A DNA stretch of 64,000 bases, taken from an uncultured Treponema sp. GTDB lineage: Bacteria; Spirochaetota; Spirochaetia; Treponematales; Treponemataceae. How positions within the stretch are numbered: position 1 is the stretch's first letter; the number at the start of each line of letters is the position of its first letter. Shown piece by piece: positions 1-7,699 of this stretch. Position numbers and translations under genes: made by a program. The notes below the pieces were generated by a model. The model had not been told where the DNA came from, searched no databases, and saw nothing but the letters and a program-made list of their open reading frames with translations. The DNA is taken from assembly GCA_937890485.1 (NCBI GenBank), contig CALBXN010000010.1:1178-65177 (forward strand), given 5' to 3'.

Positions 1-2
1 TA

Positions 3-455
3 TCTCCGAGAGAGGCAGAGAAATTACTACCACATATTCTTTCTGATTATTTAGATTGTGAAGTATTGGCTTTTGGAGGTGTAAAAGACAAAGGGATAGA
101 TGCTTTAGCAATTCATGGTGATGGTGTAAAAATGTTAATTCAAATAAAGTGGAGAAAAAATCAGAGTAAAGCAGAATCGGTATCAGTGGTGAGGGAAGTT
201 GGTGGTACAATGCTTGCGAGAAAAATTCCAAAGGGGTTTATTGTTACTACCAGAAATAAGTTTTCTATTGAAGCTAAAAAAGAAGCAGAATTAATTTCAG
301 AGAATGTTTTATATGGTTTAGGAAAATTAGAATTACAATTGAATGATTATAATAATTTAATTGATATGTTTGAGATTTCCACAAAAAAGAGAACTAAAAA
401 TATGAAATTAGAAGATTTTACAAATGGGTGGGATGAATATAGTCTATTTGGTTAA
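3..455 (+). CDS. Mrr-like restriction endonuclease domain protein (5' partial, ORF open to window edge)
   Basis: Frame is open from nt 3. GIDALAIHGDG..MLIQIKWRKN..VREVGG..GFIVTT resembles the Mrr_cat PD-(D/E)XK core (D...QxK). Confidence 0.65.
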   Translation, partial: SPREAEKLLPHILSDYLDCEVLAFGGVKDKGIDALAIHGDGVKMLIQIKWRKNQSKAESVSVVREVGGTMLARKIPKGFIVTTRNKFSIEAKKEAELISENVLYGLGKLELQLNDYNNLIDMFEISTKKRTKNMKLEDFTNGWDEYSLFG

Positions 456-501
456 TTTATATTTGTAAAAGTAGTAAAAGTGAAATTCTAAGGAGAAAAA
501 T

Positions 502-690
502 ATGGATAAAGATAAAATTCTTAAAATGAAAGAATGGATGTTTGAACTTACAGGAGATTGGAATGTTTTTCTTTTTGAAGGAGAAGGACTTATTGAAGCC
601 TACAAAGCAACAGTAGAAGCATATAAAAAGTCAAATGCAATTATCCCATCTCCACCGTTTAATTTAGAAGAAATTTTAGCAATAAATTAA
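502..690 (+). CDS. hypothetical protein (62 aa)
   Basis: SD AAGGAG 6 nt upstream of ATG. No recognisable motif. Confidence 0.6.
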   Translation: MDKDKILKMKEWMFELTGDWNVFLFEGEGLIEAYKATVEAYKKSNAIIPSPPFNLEEILAIN

Positions 691-710
691 CTATTTGATG
701 AGGTTTAAAT

Positions 711-911
711 ATGGCAAGAGCAAAGATATATTGTGAGATTATATGTAATAATTGTGGAGCATTATTAAAAGGTAGCGGATATTATAACAATTCATCCATC
801 ATATCAAGATTAAAAGAAAACGCAAAAGAATCTAATTGGATATGGAGTGAAGAATTTTGTGGTAATTTATGCCCAGATTGTCAAGAAGAAATGAAAAACA
901 AGTCTGTTTAA
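711..911 (+). CDS. small zinc-ribbon protein (CxxC...CxxC)
   Basis: CNNCG...CPDCQ cysteine pairs. GAGG SD upstream. The C-terminal end resembles that of ORF 36286-36593. Confidence 0.6.
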   Translation: MARAKIYCEIICNNCGALLKGSGYYNNSSIISRLKENAKESNWIWSEEFCGNLCPDCQEEMKNKSV

Positions 912-945
912 AAATGAAATTCTGAGGAGGTTTTATGAAAATAGA

Positions 946-1104
946 ATGGCAATTGATATTATACGAGATATTTCAAAAGAACATACAAACCAAGCAGAAC
1001 AAAGAGCGTTTGATAAAGCGATTGCTGTGTTAAGATATTGTGATGAACACGGTCTTAGCTATTATGTTGAAGGAAAATATTTTGATAAAAATGAAGAAAA
1101 GTGA
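946..1104 (+). CDS. hypothetical small protein (52 aa)
   Basis: Hand-translated ORF below the track cutoff. GAGGAGG lies 15 nt upstream, which is long spacing. Confidence 0.3.
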   Translation: MAIDIIRDISKEHTNQAEQRAFDKAIAVLRYCDEHGLSYYVEGKYFDKNEEK

Positions 1105-1136
1105 CCATGAATTGTCCGTTTTATTAGGAGAAAGAC

Positions 1137-1385
1137 ATGTTAACAATACAAGATGCAGTTCCATGTAGTATTTGTGGAGAATCACCAATTTTTCAAGGTG
1201 GCACACGTAGCGGAAGGTTGGTATGTCCAAATTATAAAAGCAACAAAATTTTACATGGAAATTTAAGTAGAAAAAATTTACCAATGGGATTTACAGAGTG
1301 GAATCATTATTTTTGGAGTAAAGAACAAAGTAGAAATGAAGGCATTCCGATTGCTGTAAAAGAATGGAATTCAATTCATGCATAG
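1137..1385 (+). CDS. Lar-like (restriction alleviation family) zinc-ribbon protein
   Basis: CSICG...CPNY plus C-terminal AVKEWN motif typical of the Lar family. SD AGGAG upstream. Confidence 0.5.
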   Translation: MLTIQDAVPCSICGESPIFQGGTRSGRLVCPNYKSNKILHGNLSRKNLPMGFTEWNHYFWSKEQSRNEGIPIAVKEWNSIHA

Positions 1386-1410
1386 TAATTATGCAATATT
1401 ATTGTACACA

Positions 1411-1444
1411 AAAAGCGATACAATTAAGTATCGCTTAAATTTTT
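1411..1444. terminator. bidirectional intrinsic terminator
   Basis: 8-bp stem AGCGATAC/GTATCGCT (1414-1421 / 1428-1435) flanked by an A-run and a T-run. It sits between convergent + and - genes. Confidence 0.6.
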
Positions 1445-1567
1445 GTATATAAATTATGGAAAAGTTTCCCACTTGTTTTTAGTGTAGTAAAGTGATAAAC
1501 TTTGGCTTACTAAAGTGACGAATAAAGTTATATGTTCAATATAAAAGTAGAATATATAAATGATGCA

Positions 1568-1795
1568 TTAATTGATATCGCTATTTTTATCAATGATTGT
1601 TATATCAATTTCACAATCCATAGCATTGCACAAGTCTTTTAATTTTTCAAGAGTAATGTTTTGTTGACTAAATACACCAGTAATTGCTCCTGATGTACAG
1701 TTAAGACGTTCTGCTAGTTCTTTATTCGAAATGTCTTTGCCGACTTTAATTTGCTTTAAATATCGCAATAATGTTTTTGTGTTAGTATAAATCAT
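1568..1795 (-). CDS. XRE-family helix-turn-helix transcriptional regulator
   Basis: ISNKELAERLNCTSGAITGVFSQQNITLEKLKDLCNAM is a classic HTH_3 pattern. It is the only convincing minus-strand gene and is divergent from mazF. Confidence 0.8.
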   Translation of the reverse strand: MIYTNTKTLLRYLKQIKVGKDISNKELAERLNCTSGAITGVFSQQNITLEKLKDLCNAMDCEIDITIIDKNSDIN

Positions 1796-1815
1796 TAGAT
1801 ATACCGTCCTTGATT

Positions 1816-1910
1816 AGATATATCTTAATTATAGTAGAAATATACAAATTAAACAAGATATATCTTTAAAATTTGGTGAATATTTTATCTTAAAAAATAA
1901 AGATATATCT
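1816..1910. promoter_or_regulatory. three identical 10-bp palindromic operators AGATATATCT
   Basis: Exact copies at 1816-1825, 1856-1865 and 1901-1910 (centre spacing 40 and 45 bp) inside the divergent intergenic region. Confidence 0.7.
1828..1856 (-). promoter_or_regulatory. sigma-A type promoter for the XRE gene
   Basis: On the minus strand: TTGTTT (1856-1851), 17 nt spacer, TATAAT (1833-1828). Flanked by operators 1 and 2. Confidence 0.55.
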
Positions 1911-1938
1911 TGAATTATTAAGGTATATATTGTATAAT
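1910..1938 (+). promoter_or_regulatory. sigma-A type promoter for the mazF operon
   Basis: TTGAAT (1910-1915), 17 nt spacer, TATAAT (1933-1938). Operator 3 abuts the -35. Confidence 0.6.
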
Positions 1939-2014
1939 CGAAAGTGTCAAAGGTAATATACAGATTCAGTTGAAACTATATAGTAGGGCATACATACAGA
2001 AAGGAGGAAAAGAC

Positions 2015-2359
2015 ATGAAGATTAGACGTGGCGATATTTTTTACGCAGATTTAAGACCAACAATTGGTTGTGAACAAGGTGGTATCCGTCCAGTTCTGAT
2101 TGTCCAAAATGATATCGGTAACAAACACAGTCCTACAACTATTGTGATTGCGTTAACATCAAAAGAGAAAAAAGAATTACCTACACATGTACCATTACAT
2201 AAAGAACAGTGTAAAGGGTTATCTGATGATTCTATTATTTTGTGCGAGCAGCTTAGGACAATAGATAAAAAGAGAATTAAAGACAAGATTGGTTATGTTA
2301 ATGAAGAATCTTTGGATGATGTTATGAAAGCTGTAAAAATTAGCATGAGTATATTTTAG
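2015..2359 (+). CDS. mazF: MazF/PemK-family endoribonuclease toxin
   Basis: MKIRRGDIFYADL..GCEQGGIRPVLIVQND..TTIVIALTS..LCEQLRTIDKKR is a canonical PemK/MazF pattern. SD AAAGGAGG precedes ATG 2015; the track start at 1970 is an upstream extension. Confidence 0.9.
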   Translation: MKIRRGDIFYADLRPTIGCEQGGIRPVLIVQNDIGNKHSPTTIVIALTSKEKKELPTHVPLHKEQCKGLSDDSIILCEQLRTIDKKRIKDKIGYVNEESLDDVMKAVKISMSIF

Positions 2360-2373
2360 GGGATGGTGATGTT

Positions 2374-2676
2374 ATGAAATCTATTCGTAAATTTAGCGAT
2401 GTAGATAGCGCAATAAAAGAGTTAGAAGATTTAAAAAAAGATGGAAAAAAAAGGGAAATTATTATTAGTACTATTGATTTTGACAACGACGAAGAATCAA
2501 CAAAACGCGCTACACCAGATGAGGGGTGCGTTTTAATAAGGAAATCGAAAACGATAATCATTAATGAAGATGAATATATCCCACACATAGAATTATATTC
2601 AAAAGTTCAAAATGATTTAGAAAATATAATATGTAAAGGAATTATGCATGATATAATCTTTCCTAAAAGAGAATAA
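2374..2676 (+). CDS. hypothetical acidic protein, candidate partner of MazF
   Basis: 100 aa, starting 14 nt after the mazF stop, with SD GGGGATGGTGAT. No recognisable domain. Confidence 0.6.
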   Translation: MKSIRKFSDVDSAIKELEDLKKDGKKREIIISTIDFDNDEESTKRATPDEGCVLIRKSKTIIINEDEYIPHIELYSKVQNDLENIICKGIMHDIIFPKRE

Positions 2677-2681
2677 AAAAT

Positions 2682-2695
2682 CGAACAAACGTTCG
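2682..2695. promoter_or_regulatory. LexA (Cheo/DinR) box CGAACAAACGTTCG
   Basis: Perfect match to the Firmicutes consensus CGAAC-N4-GTTCG. A degenerate second copy, GAACAAACATTC, lies at 2717-2728 inside the promoter spacer. Confidence 0.6.
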
Positions 2696-2705
2696 AAAAT
2701 AATTA

Positions 2706-2734
2706 TTGACAAAACAGAACAAACATTCTAATAT
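2706..2734 (+). promoter_or_regulatory. consensus sigma-A promoter
   Basis: TTGACA (2706-2711), 17 nt spacer, TAATAT (2729-2734). Confidence 0.65.
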
Positions 2735-2761
2735 TGTTCTTAGAAAAACATAAAAAGAAAA

Positions 2762-2808
2762 GACCCTGACACGGTGTTGGCAGCACCATAAAGTGTCAGG
2801 AGTCTTTT
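2762..2808 (+). terminator. intrinsic terminator-like hairpin
   Basis: 11-bp stem with one bulge (GAC-CCTGACAC / GTGTCAGG-A-GTC), an inner GGTG/CACC stem, then TTTT. Confidence 0.55.
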
Positions 2809-2985
2809 CAAAACAAACATAAACAAAAGATTCAAACTAGAAGATTGAATTTTGTTAACACAACAGAAATGTTGCTTAGAGTTATTATTACATATTAAAA
2901 CAATAAAAGTCAAGAGTTTCTAGGCAATTAGCATTTCTGCAAATTTATCCAATTATTTTTACAATTGAATATAGAAAAACACTAT

Positions 2986-3061
2986 TGGGCTGTGGCGAAG
3001 CGGTTAACGCATTGCACTTTGACTGCAACATTTTTCGTGGGTTCAAATCCCACCAGCCTAG
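2986..3061 (+). tRNA. tRNA-Gln (anticodon UUG)
   Basis: Hand-folded cloverleaf: acceptor TGGGCTG/CAGCCTA with U1-A72 and G73 as in bacterial tRNA-Gln; anticodon loop CTTTGAC; T-arm GTGGG-TTCAAAT-CCCAC. The variable loop is unusually long at 8 nt. Confidence 0.8.
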
Positions 3062-3305
3062 TTATTCCGTAGAAACATGTAGATGCGGAGTGCGTAAAAT
3101 AATAAAGAATAAATGTTTTGAAACAGAAAGGAGGAATCCTTTTCCGTTAACTTTTAGGAAGTGATTCACAACAGTTCGTTTTGTTCTTGATTGTTTGACT
3201 AATATAGACCATCACAAATTCCTACATGTAGTCTTCTGCGATGACCAAATCAATGATTTGCGAGCAGACACTTAGCTAATAACTGGAAACAGTTTAATAT
3301 AAATA

Positions 3306-3379
3306 GGACTCTTAGTTCAGTTGGTGAGAGCAATCGCCTCATAAGCGGTGGGTCGTGGGTTCAAGTCCCACAGAGTCCA
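3306..3379 (+). tRNA. tRNA with CAU anticodon (elongator Met or Ile2)
   Basis: Acceptor GGACTCT/AGAGTCC, D-arm TAGTTCAGTTGGTGAGAGC, anticodon stem ATCGC/GCGGT with loop CTCATAA, T-arm GTGGG-TTCAAGT-CCCAC. It lacks initiator features. Confidence 0.85.
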
Positions 3380-3463
3380 TTAAATATTTTGAGAAATATA
3401 TGACACATACAGAGAAGTATATGTTGTATGTGTCATTTTTATACTCATTTTTGAGGAAAGAAG

Positions 3464-4090
3464 GTGAGAATTTTGAACTACTGTATTAAAAACAATAAGA
3501 ATGTGTACATAAAACTGGATGAAAATGGAACGCCCGTTACTTGCGTAAAGAGTGTGAGAGGAAAATTTGAACACTCTAAAGCACAAAACATATTAAACAA
3601 TTTACCAAAATCATTAAAAACTATGCATTTTAAATTGCAAGCAATACCAGACATAGTTCCGAAAGAAGAAAAGAAAACGATTAAAAAGAAGATAGAAGAT
3701 AGAGATAAATATATTGTATCTGAAGATATAAGTCGTTGGGTGGATAAGTTTGGTAAATGCGCAGATATTCTTCAAGAAGCGAAGAGCCGTCAAGATGAAT
3801 TAATCAAAGAATTACATAACAAAGATAAAAAAATATTAGATATTTTACATATTATTGAAATCGAAAAACCAAAGGACTTGTATAAAGGTTGGTTGTTGTA
3901 TAAAGAAATACGTGCTAACAGAAAAGAGAGAAGACTTATTAAAGATGAGCTGTTAATTGTTGGGAATGTTTTACAAGAAATAAATCCTTCTTGTTTACAG
4001 AGAGACAGAATTCAACGAGCAATTGATGGATTATATACAAGAGAATATACATTCAGGATTGTAGATGATGAAAATATTAATAACGAATAA
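3464..4090 (+). CDS. hypothetical protein (208 aa, coiled-coil rich)
   Basis: GTG start after GAGGAAAGAAG. First gene downstream of the tRNAs. Confidence 0.6.
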   Translation: MRILNYCIKNNKNVYIKLDENGTPVTCVKSVRGKFEHSKAQNILNNLPKSLKTMHFKLQAIPDIVPKEEKKTIKKKIEDRDKYIVSEDISRWVDKFGKCADILQEAKSRQDELIKELHNKDKKILDILHIIEIEKPKDLYKGWLLYKEIRANRKERRLIKDELLIVGNVLQEINPSCLQRDRIQRAIDGLYTREYTFRIVDDENINNE

Positions 4091-4119
4091 GCCAAGTAAT
4101 TTCATCAAATATTATCCCC

Positions 4120-4317
4120 ATGAAGATATTAATTGGAGAAATATTATATAAGAGAAAAATTTCATATAGGCAGTTGTCTATTATGACAGGTATACCAAAA
4201 TCCACAATAGCAGATATATGCAACGGATTAACAGTACCAAGAATTGACACTTTAGAAACAATTGCAAAAGCATTGAATGTGCGTATTTCAGACTTATTTG
4301 ATAGTGATTTTAAATAA
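4120..4317 (+). CDS. XRE-family HTH transcriptional regulator
   Basis: ISYRQLSIMTGIPKSTIADICNG..PRIDTLETIAKALNVRISDLF. No obvious SD. Confidence 0.75.
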   Translation: MKILIGEILYKRKISYRQLSIMTGIPKSTIADICNGLTVPRIDTLETIAKALNVRISDLFDSDFK

Positions 4318-4494
4318 GTGTCCGAGTATTCGGACGATTATGTGGAAACACGTAAGATTGAAAAAATTGAATCGTATTTACTGTGAGAGGAGGAAAGTAA
4401 GGATAAGAATTGGACATGCGTCTAATTAATGTGCAAAAGATAAAGTTCAAATGGAGAAGTTAAAAATAAACAATTTATACGGGGTGTATGCATT

Positions 4495-5121
4495 ATGGGA
4501 GTGAAGAATTACACATTAGACGAAAGAATTTTATTAAATGAAAAATTACAACCTTACTTGGAACCTTATTATGAAAACGATGGTAAGAAACTCGTAAAGT
4601 TAGTAGATGAAATTCTCATGAGATTAAAGTATTACGATGTGGCAAAAGATGAATTTGTTTCGTTAGCTGACGAAATAATTGTAAATGCAATGTACGATTA
4701 CGATTTTAAACAGGATTTTAATGGTTACATCTACAGATGTTTGCAAAACAAATTTAAAACTGAGATGACCAGACGCAATCGTTATAAAAGACAAGCTGAT
4801 AGAATGGCTCTTTCATTGGAAGAAAAAGTCGGGAATGATGATAAAAACGTGACAATTGGCGAGTTAATAGCTGATAAAAAGACTGTTGAGAGTGAAATTT
4901 TTAAAGAAAAAAAGGAAGAATGGAGAAGAGAAGTTAAAGAGTATCTTGAAAAATTATCTCCACTCCAAAGAAAAATAGCATTTCTTATGTCTGATAATAA
5001 TACACCTGACGAGATATGCGAGGAATTACATATAACAATGAAACATTTTGAGAATTCTTTAAAAAGAATATTGTCAGATGAAAGAATTAAAATACTTAGA
5101 CCGATAGTAGAAAGGAATTAA
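4495..5121 (+). CDS. sigma-70 family-like RNA polymerase sigma factor
   Basis: Region-4-like HTH LSPLQRKIAFLMSDNNTPDEICEELHITMKHFENSLKRI and a region-2-like segment FNGYIYRCLQNKFKTEMTRRNR. Confidence 0.6.
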   Translation: MGVKNYTLDERILLNEKLQPYLEPYYENDGKKLVKLVDEILMRLKYYDVAKDEFVSLADEIIVNAMYDYDFKQDFNGYIYRCLQNKFKTEMTRRNRYKRQADRMALSLEEKVGNDDKNVTIGELIADKKTVESEIFKEKKEEWRREVKEYLEKLSPLQRKIAFLMSDNNTPDEICEELHITMKHFENSLKRILSDERIKILRPIVERN

Positions 5122-5124
5122 GAG

Positions 5125-6618
5125 ATGGAATTATTAAGAGACAAAATCAAAAGAGATACTTATATGGTGTCTAAACTTTGTGGAATGATTGCAAGAGGTG
5201 ATTTAAGAGATAATCATCCACAGCAGCGTAAATCAGGACAGTGGGATAATGCTACTCGTGATAATTTCATTGTTACAGTCATTAAAAATGAAGACTTTGA
5301 CCCTATTAAGATTTGTGAGCAACTTACAGATGAAGGAATTGTACTTTGGTTAATCGATGGACTTCAACGTTCTACTACTATTGAGAATTATAAGTCTGGC
5401 AAATTTAAACTTGGGAGAAATATTGACCCTTGTACTATTGAATATCAAGAAGCAGTAAAAGTAGATGGGAAAACAGTTTATCAGAATGTTTCTTATGATT
5501 TGAGAGGAAAAGCGTATAAAGATTTGCCTGAAAAACTAAAAGAAGACTTTGATAATTGTCCTGTGGATGTTAGAAAACACCTTGATTGTACGGATGAAGA
5601 AGTTGGTAGACATATCATTAGATATAACTCTGGACGAGCTATGGTAGTAGCGCAAAAGATTTCAGCTTATATGCATAATACCGCTAAATATGTAAAGAAA
5701 TTGTCTGGACATGCTTTCTTTAATGATTGTGCTAATTATTCTGACACTAAAGACAAAAATGGTGAAATTGATAAAGTAGTATCTGAATCAGTTATGGGAT
5801 TGAATTTCTTTGATTCTTGGAATAAACAAGCACAGAAAATTGGTAAACACTTAAATGAAAATGCAACAGAAGAGATGTTTAATAGTTTTGAGAATTATTT
5901 AGACAGACTTCTTGAAGTGGTTACACCTGATACTGGTAAGTTATTCACACCTAAAAATGCTTTACTTTGGTTCATGTTGTTTGATCGTTTTACTAAGAAT
6001 GGGTTAAGCGATGATAAATTCCAGTTGTTCTTAGAGAACTATGAAGAATTAAAGAAAGTAAAAGTAGAAGTAGAACATGAATATGAAGTGAAGAAAGGCA
6101 GTGGAGAAAAAACAAATATTCTTTCATTTTCCGAGTTAGATGCTTGTAAGTCTACAAAAGATAAAGGAGTTATTCTTGATAAATTACATATTCTTGAAAC
6201 CGTTATGAATGAATTTTTACATATTAATAATAACAATGAAGAAAAATCTATTGAAAAAGTAGAAACTGCTAACGAAGAAATCACAGAAGATGATGGATTA
6301 GAAGTATATATTTCTGAAATCACAGGTATTGACGTAGATACATTGCGTGAAAATCTCGATTGGTATATCTCAATGTTGGAAGATGAAAATGGTCTTAAAG
6401 ATAGATGTATTAGAGATGATTCCAGATTATTAAACAAAGATAATAGTCTTTCATTGTTGGCTATGGTGGCTTACGCAGAAAGTAAAGAAGAAAATCTTGA
6501 TGAATGGTTAACTGAATATGCGAAAAATAATGATGAATATTTATTTGACCAAGAGAAGAATTTCTTACATATGAAACAAGACTTTGATAAGTATTTGGAA
6601 GGGTTAGAGGTGGCATAG
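5125..6618 (+). CDS. DUF262 (ParB/Srx-fold, GmrSD N-terminal-like) domain protein
   Basis: QQRKSGQWD...LWLIDGLQRSTTI matches the DUF262 DGQQR-type motif. No C-terminal HNH/DUF1524 motif was seen. Confidence 0.6.
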   Translation: MELLRDKIKRDTYMVSKLCGMIARGDLRDNHPQQRKSGQWDNATRDNFIVTVIKNEDFDPIKICEQLTDEGIVLWLIDGLQRSTTIENYKSGKFKLGRNIDPCTIEYQEAVKVDGKTVYQNVSYDLRGKAYKDLPEKLKEDFDNCPVDVRKHLDCTDEEVGRHIIRYNSGRAMVVAQKISAYMHNTAKYVKKLSGHAFFNDCANYSDTKDKNGEIDKVVSESVMGLNFFDSWNKQAQKIGKHLNENATEEMFNSFENYLDRLLEVVTPDTGKLFTPKNALLWFMLFDRFTKNGLSDDKFQLFLENYEELKKVKVEVEHEYEVKKGSGEKTNILSFSELDACKSTKDKGVILDKLHILETVMNEFLHINNNNEEKSIEKVETANEEITEDDGLEVYISEITGIDVDTLRENLDWYISMLEDENGLKDRCIRDDSRLLNKDNSLSLLAMVAYAESKEENLDEWLTEYAKNNDEYLFDQEKNFLHMKQDFDKYLEGLEVA

Positions 6619-6620
6619 TT

Positions 6621-6806
6621 ATGATGTTTACACAACAAGTTCATTTTCAAGGTAATACACCTATAGATAAAGAATTTGACGAGATATGCAGAGCGCATCC
6701 AGTTTGTGAAGGATGCCCTTTGTTAAATGGGACTATAAAAATAAGAGAAAATATAATCAGTTGTATGACTGGACAGATGAAAGGAAGAGAAAGAAATGAT
6801 GGATAA
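6621..6806 (+). CDS. small Cys-rich protein
   Basis: 61 aa, CRAHPVCEGCP, SD GAGGTGG upstream. Overlaps the next gene by 11 nt. Confidence 0.45.
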   Translation: MMFTQQVHFQGNTPIDKEFDEICRAHPVCEGCPLLNGTIKIRENIISCMTGQMKGRERNDG

Positions 6807-7497
6807 AAAGAGAGCAAAACAGATTTTAGTAGCAAACGCATGTTGTACGTTAGATAAATGCAACATATGTCCTTGGAGAAACACAGACGATTGTACTAAT
6901 ACAAGTTTTTTAGATGTTTTAGAAGAGGCGATTTACGCAATGAGAGGGGAAGAACTTATGAATATGAAATTATCAGATATTAAAATCTTATCAGCATTTG
7001 CTGAATCAGTCCCAAGTGAAAAGAAAATGGAAGAATGTAGAAATAATTGGAATACATTTGAACGACAAGACCGTTGGATTGTTGTAGACCAGAACGGATA
7101 TCTTATCGATGGTTATGTAATGTATTTGGTGCTTAAAGAAAATAATATTGAAGAAACAAAAGTGAAAATTTCTGCAAGACGCAAGAAACGTTGGTATAGA
7201 AAAAACACTAAGGATTGGACAATCCCACATTACAGAACTGAATTGACTACATATGTTTATGGAATGCATTACAACAAGAATAAAGGTGAATTTTCTAAAG
7301 AATATGTGTGGAGAGTGCCGAAATCGTGGGGTAATTGGGCAGATAATGTACAGATTGGAGATACAATTATATGTGTGACTAAGTATGGATATTCACCTGT
7401 AGTTGTTAGCAAGATTGAAGTGCTAGATAAATGTCCAATTGATATTCCTGTGAAAAGAGTTGCTAATAAACAGATTAGACGTAATAGTGTGGAATGA
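6796..7497 (+). CDS. ParB-like nuclease-domain protein with N-terminal Cys cluster
   Basis: IKILSAFAESVPSEKKM...RWIVVDQNGYLIDGYVMYLVLKE resembles a ParB N-terminal domain. CCTLDKCNICPW at the N-terminus. Confidence 0.5.
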   Translation: MMDKKRAKQILVANACCTLDKCNICPWRNTDDCTNTSFLDVLEEAIYAMRGEELMNMKLSDIKILSAFAESVPSEKKMEECRNNWNTFERQDRWIVVDQNGYLIDGYVMYLVLKENNIEETKVKISARRKKRWYRKNTKDWTIPHYRTELTTYVYGMHYNKNKGEFSKEYVWRVPKSWGNWADNVQIGDTIICVTKYGYSPVVVSKIEVLDKCPIDIPVKRVANKQIRRNSVE

Positions 7498-7506
7498 TTA
7501 GGGCAA

Positions 7507-7659
7507 GTGAAAATATTAGAGAATATTGGGAAAAATATAAATAAACATTTTAAAGAGAAAAAAGAGAAATGTTGTATCTCATGTCATTGCAAAGATGATT
7601 GTGAAGATAAAGATAAAATTTTAAATTCGGATGATGATTCTTGCCCTTGGTATGCGTAA
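7507..7659 (+). CDS. hypothetical small Cys-rich protein (50 aa)
   Basis: Hand-translated GTG ORF (CCISCHCKDDCEDK...CPW) below the track cutoff. Confidence 0.3.
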   Translation: MKILENIGKNINKHFKEKKEKCCISCHCKDDCEDKDKILNSDDDSCPWYA

Positions 7660-7699
7660 CTATAACAATTAAATATGAAGTATTAGAAAGGATATTTTT

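Noticed and set aside
1816-1910. Short repeat array (three AGATATATCT copies) as a mini-CRISPR or iteron origin.
   Set aside because: There are only three 10-bp palindromes, with unequal 30/35-nt gaps, sitting exactly on divergent promoter elements. Operator function is the simpler explanation. No CRISPR-like array was seen anywhere in the window.
2986-3379. The tRNA genes as a prophage attachment site or genome end.
   Set aside because: No integrase, excisionase or direct repeat of a tRNA 3' end was seen. Phage genes continue on both sides in the same orientation.
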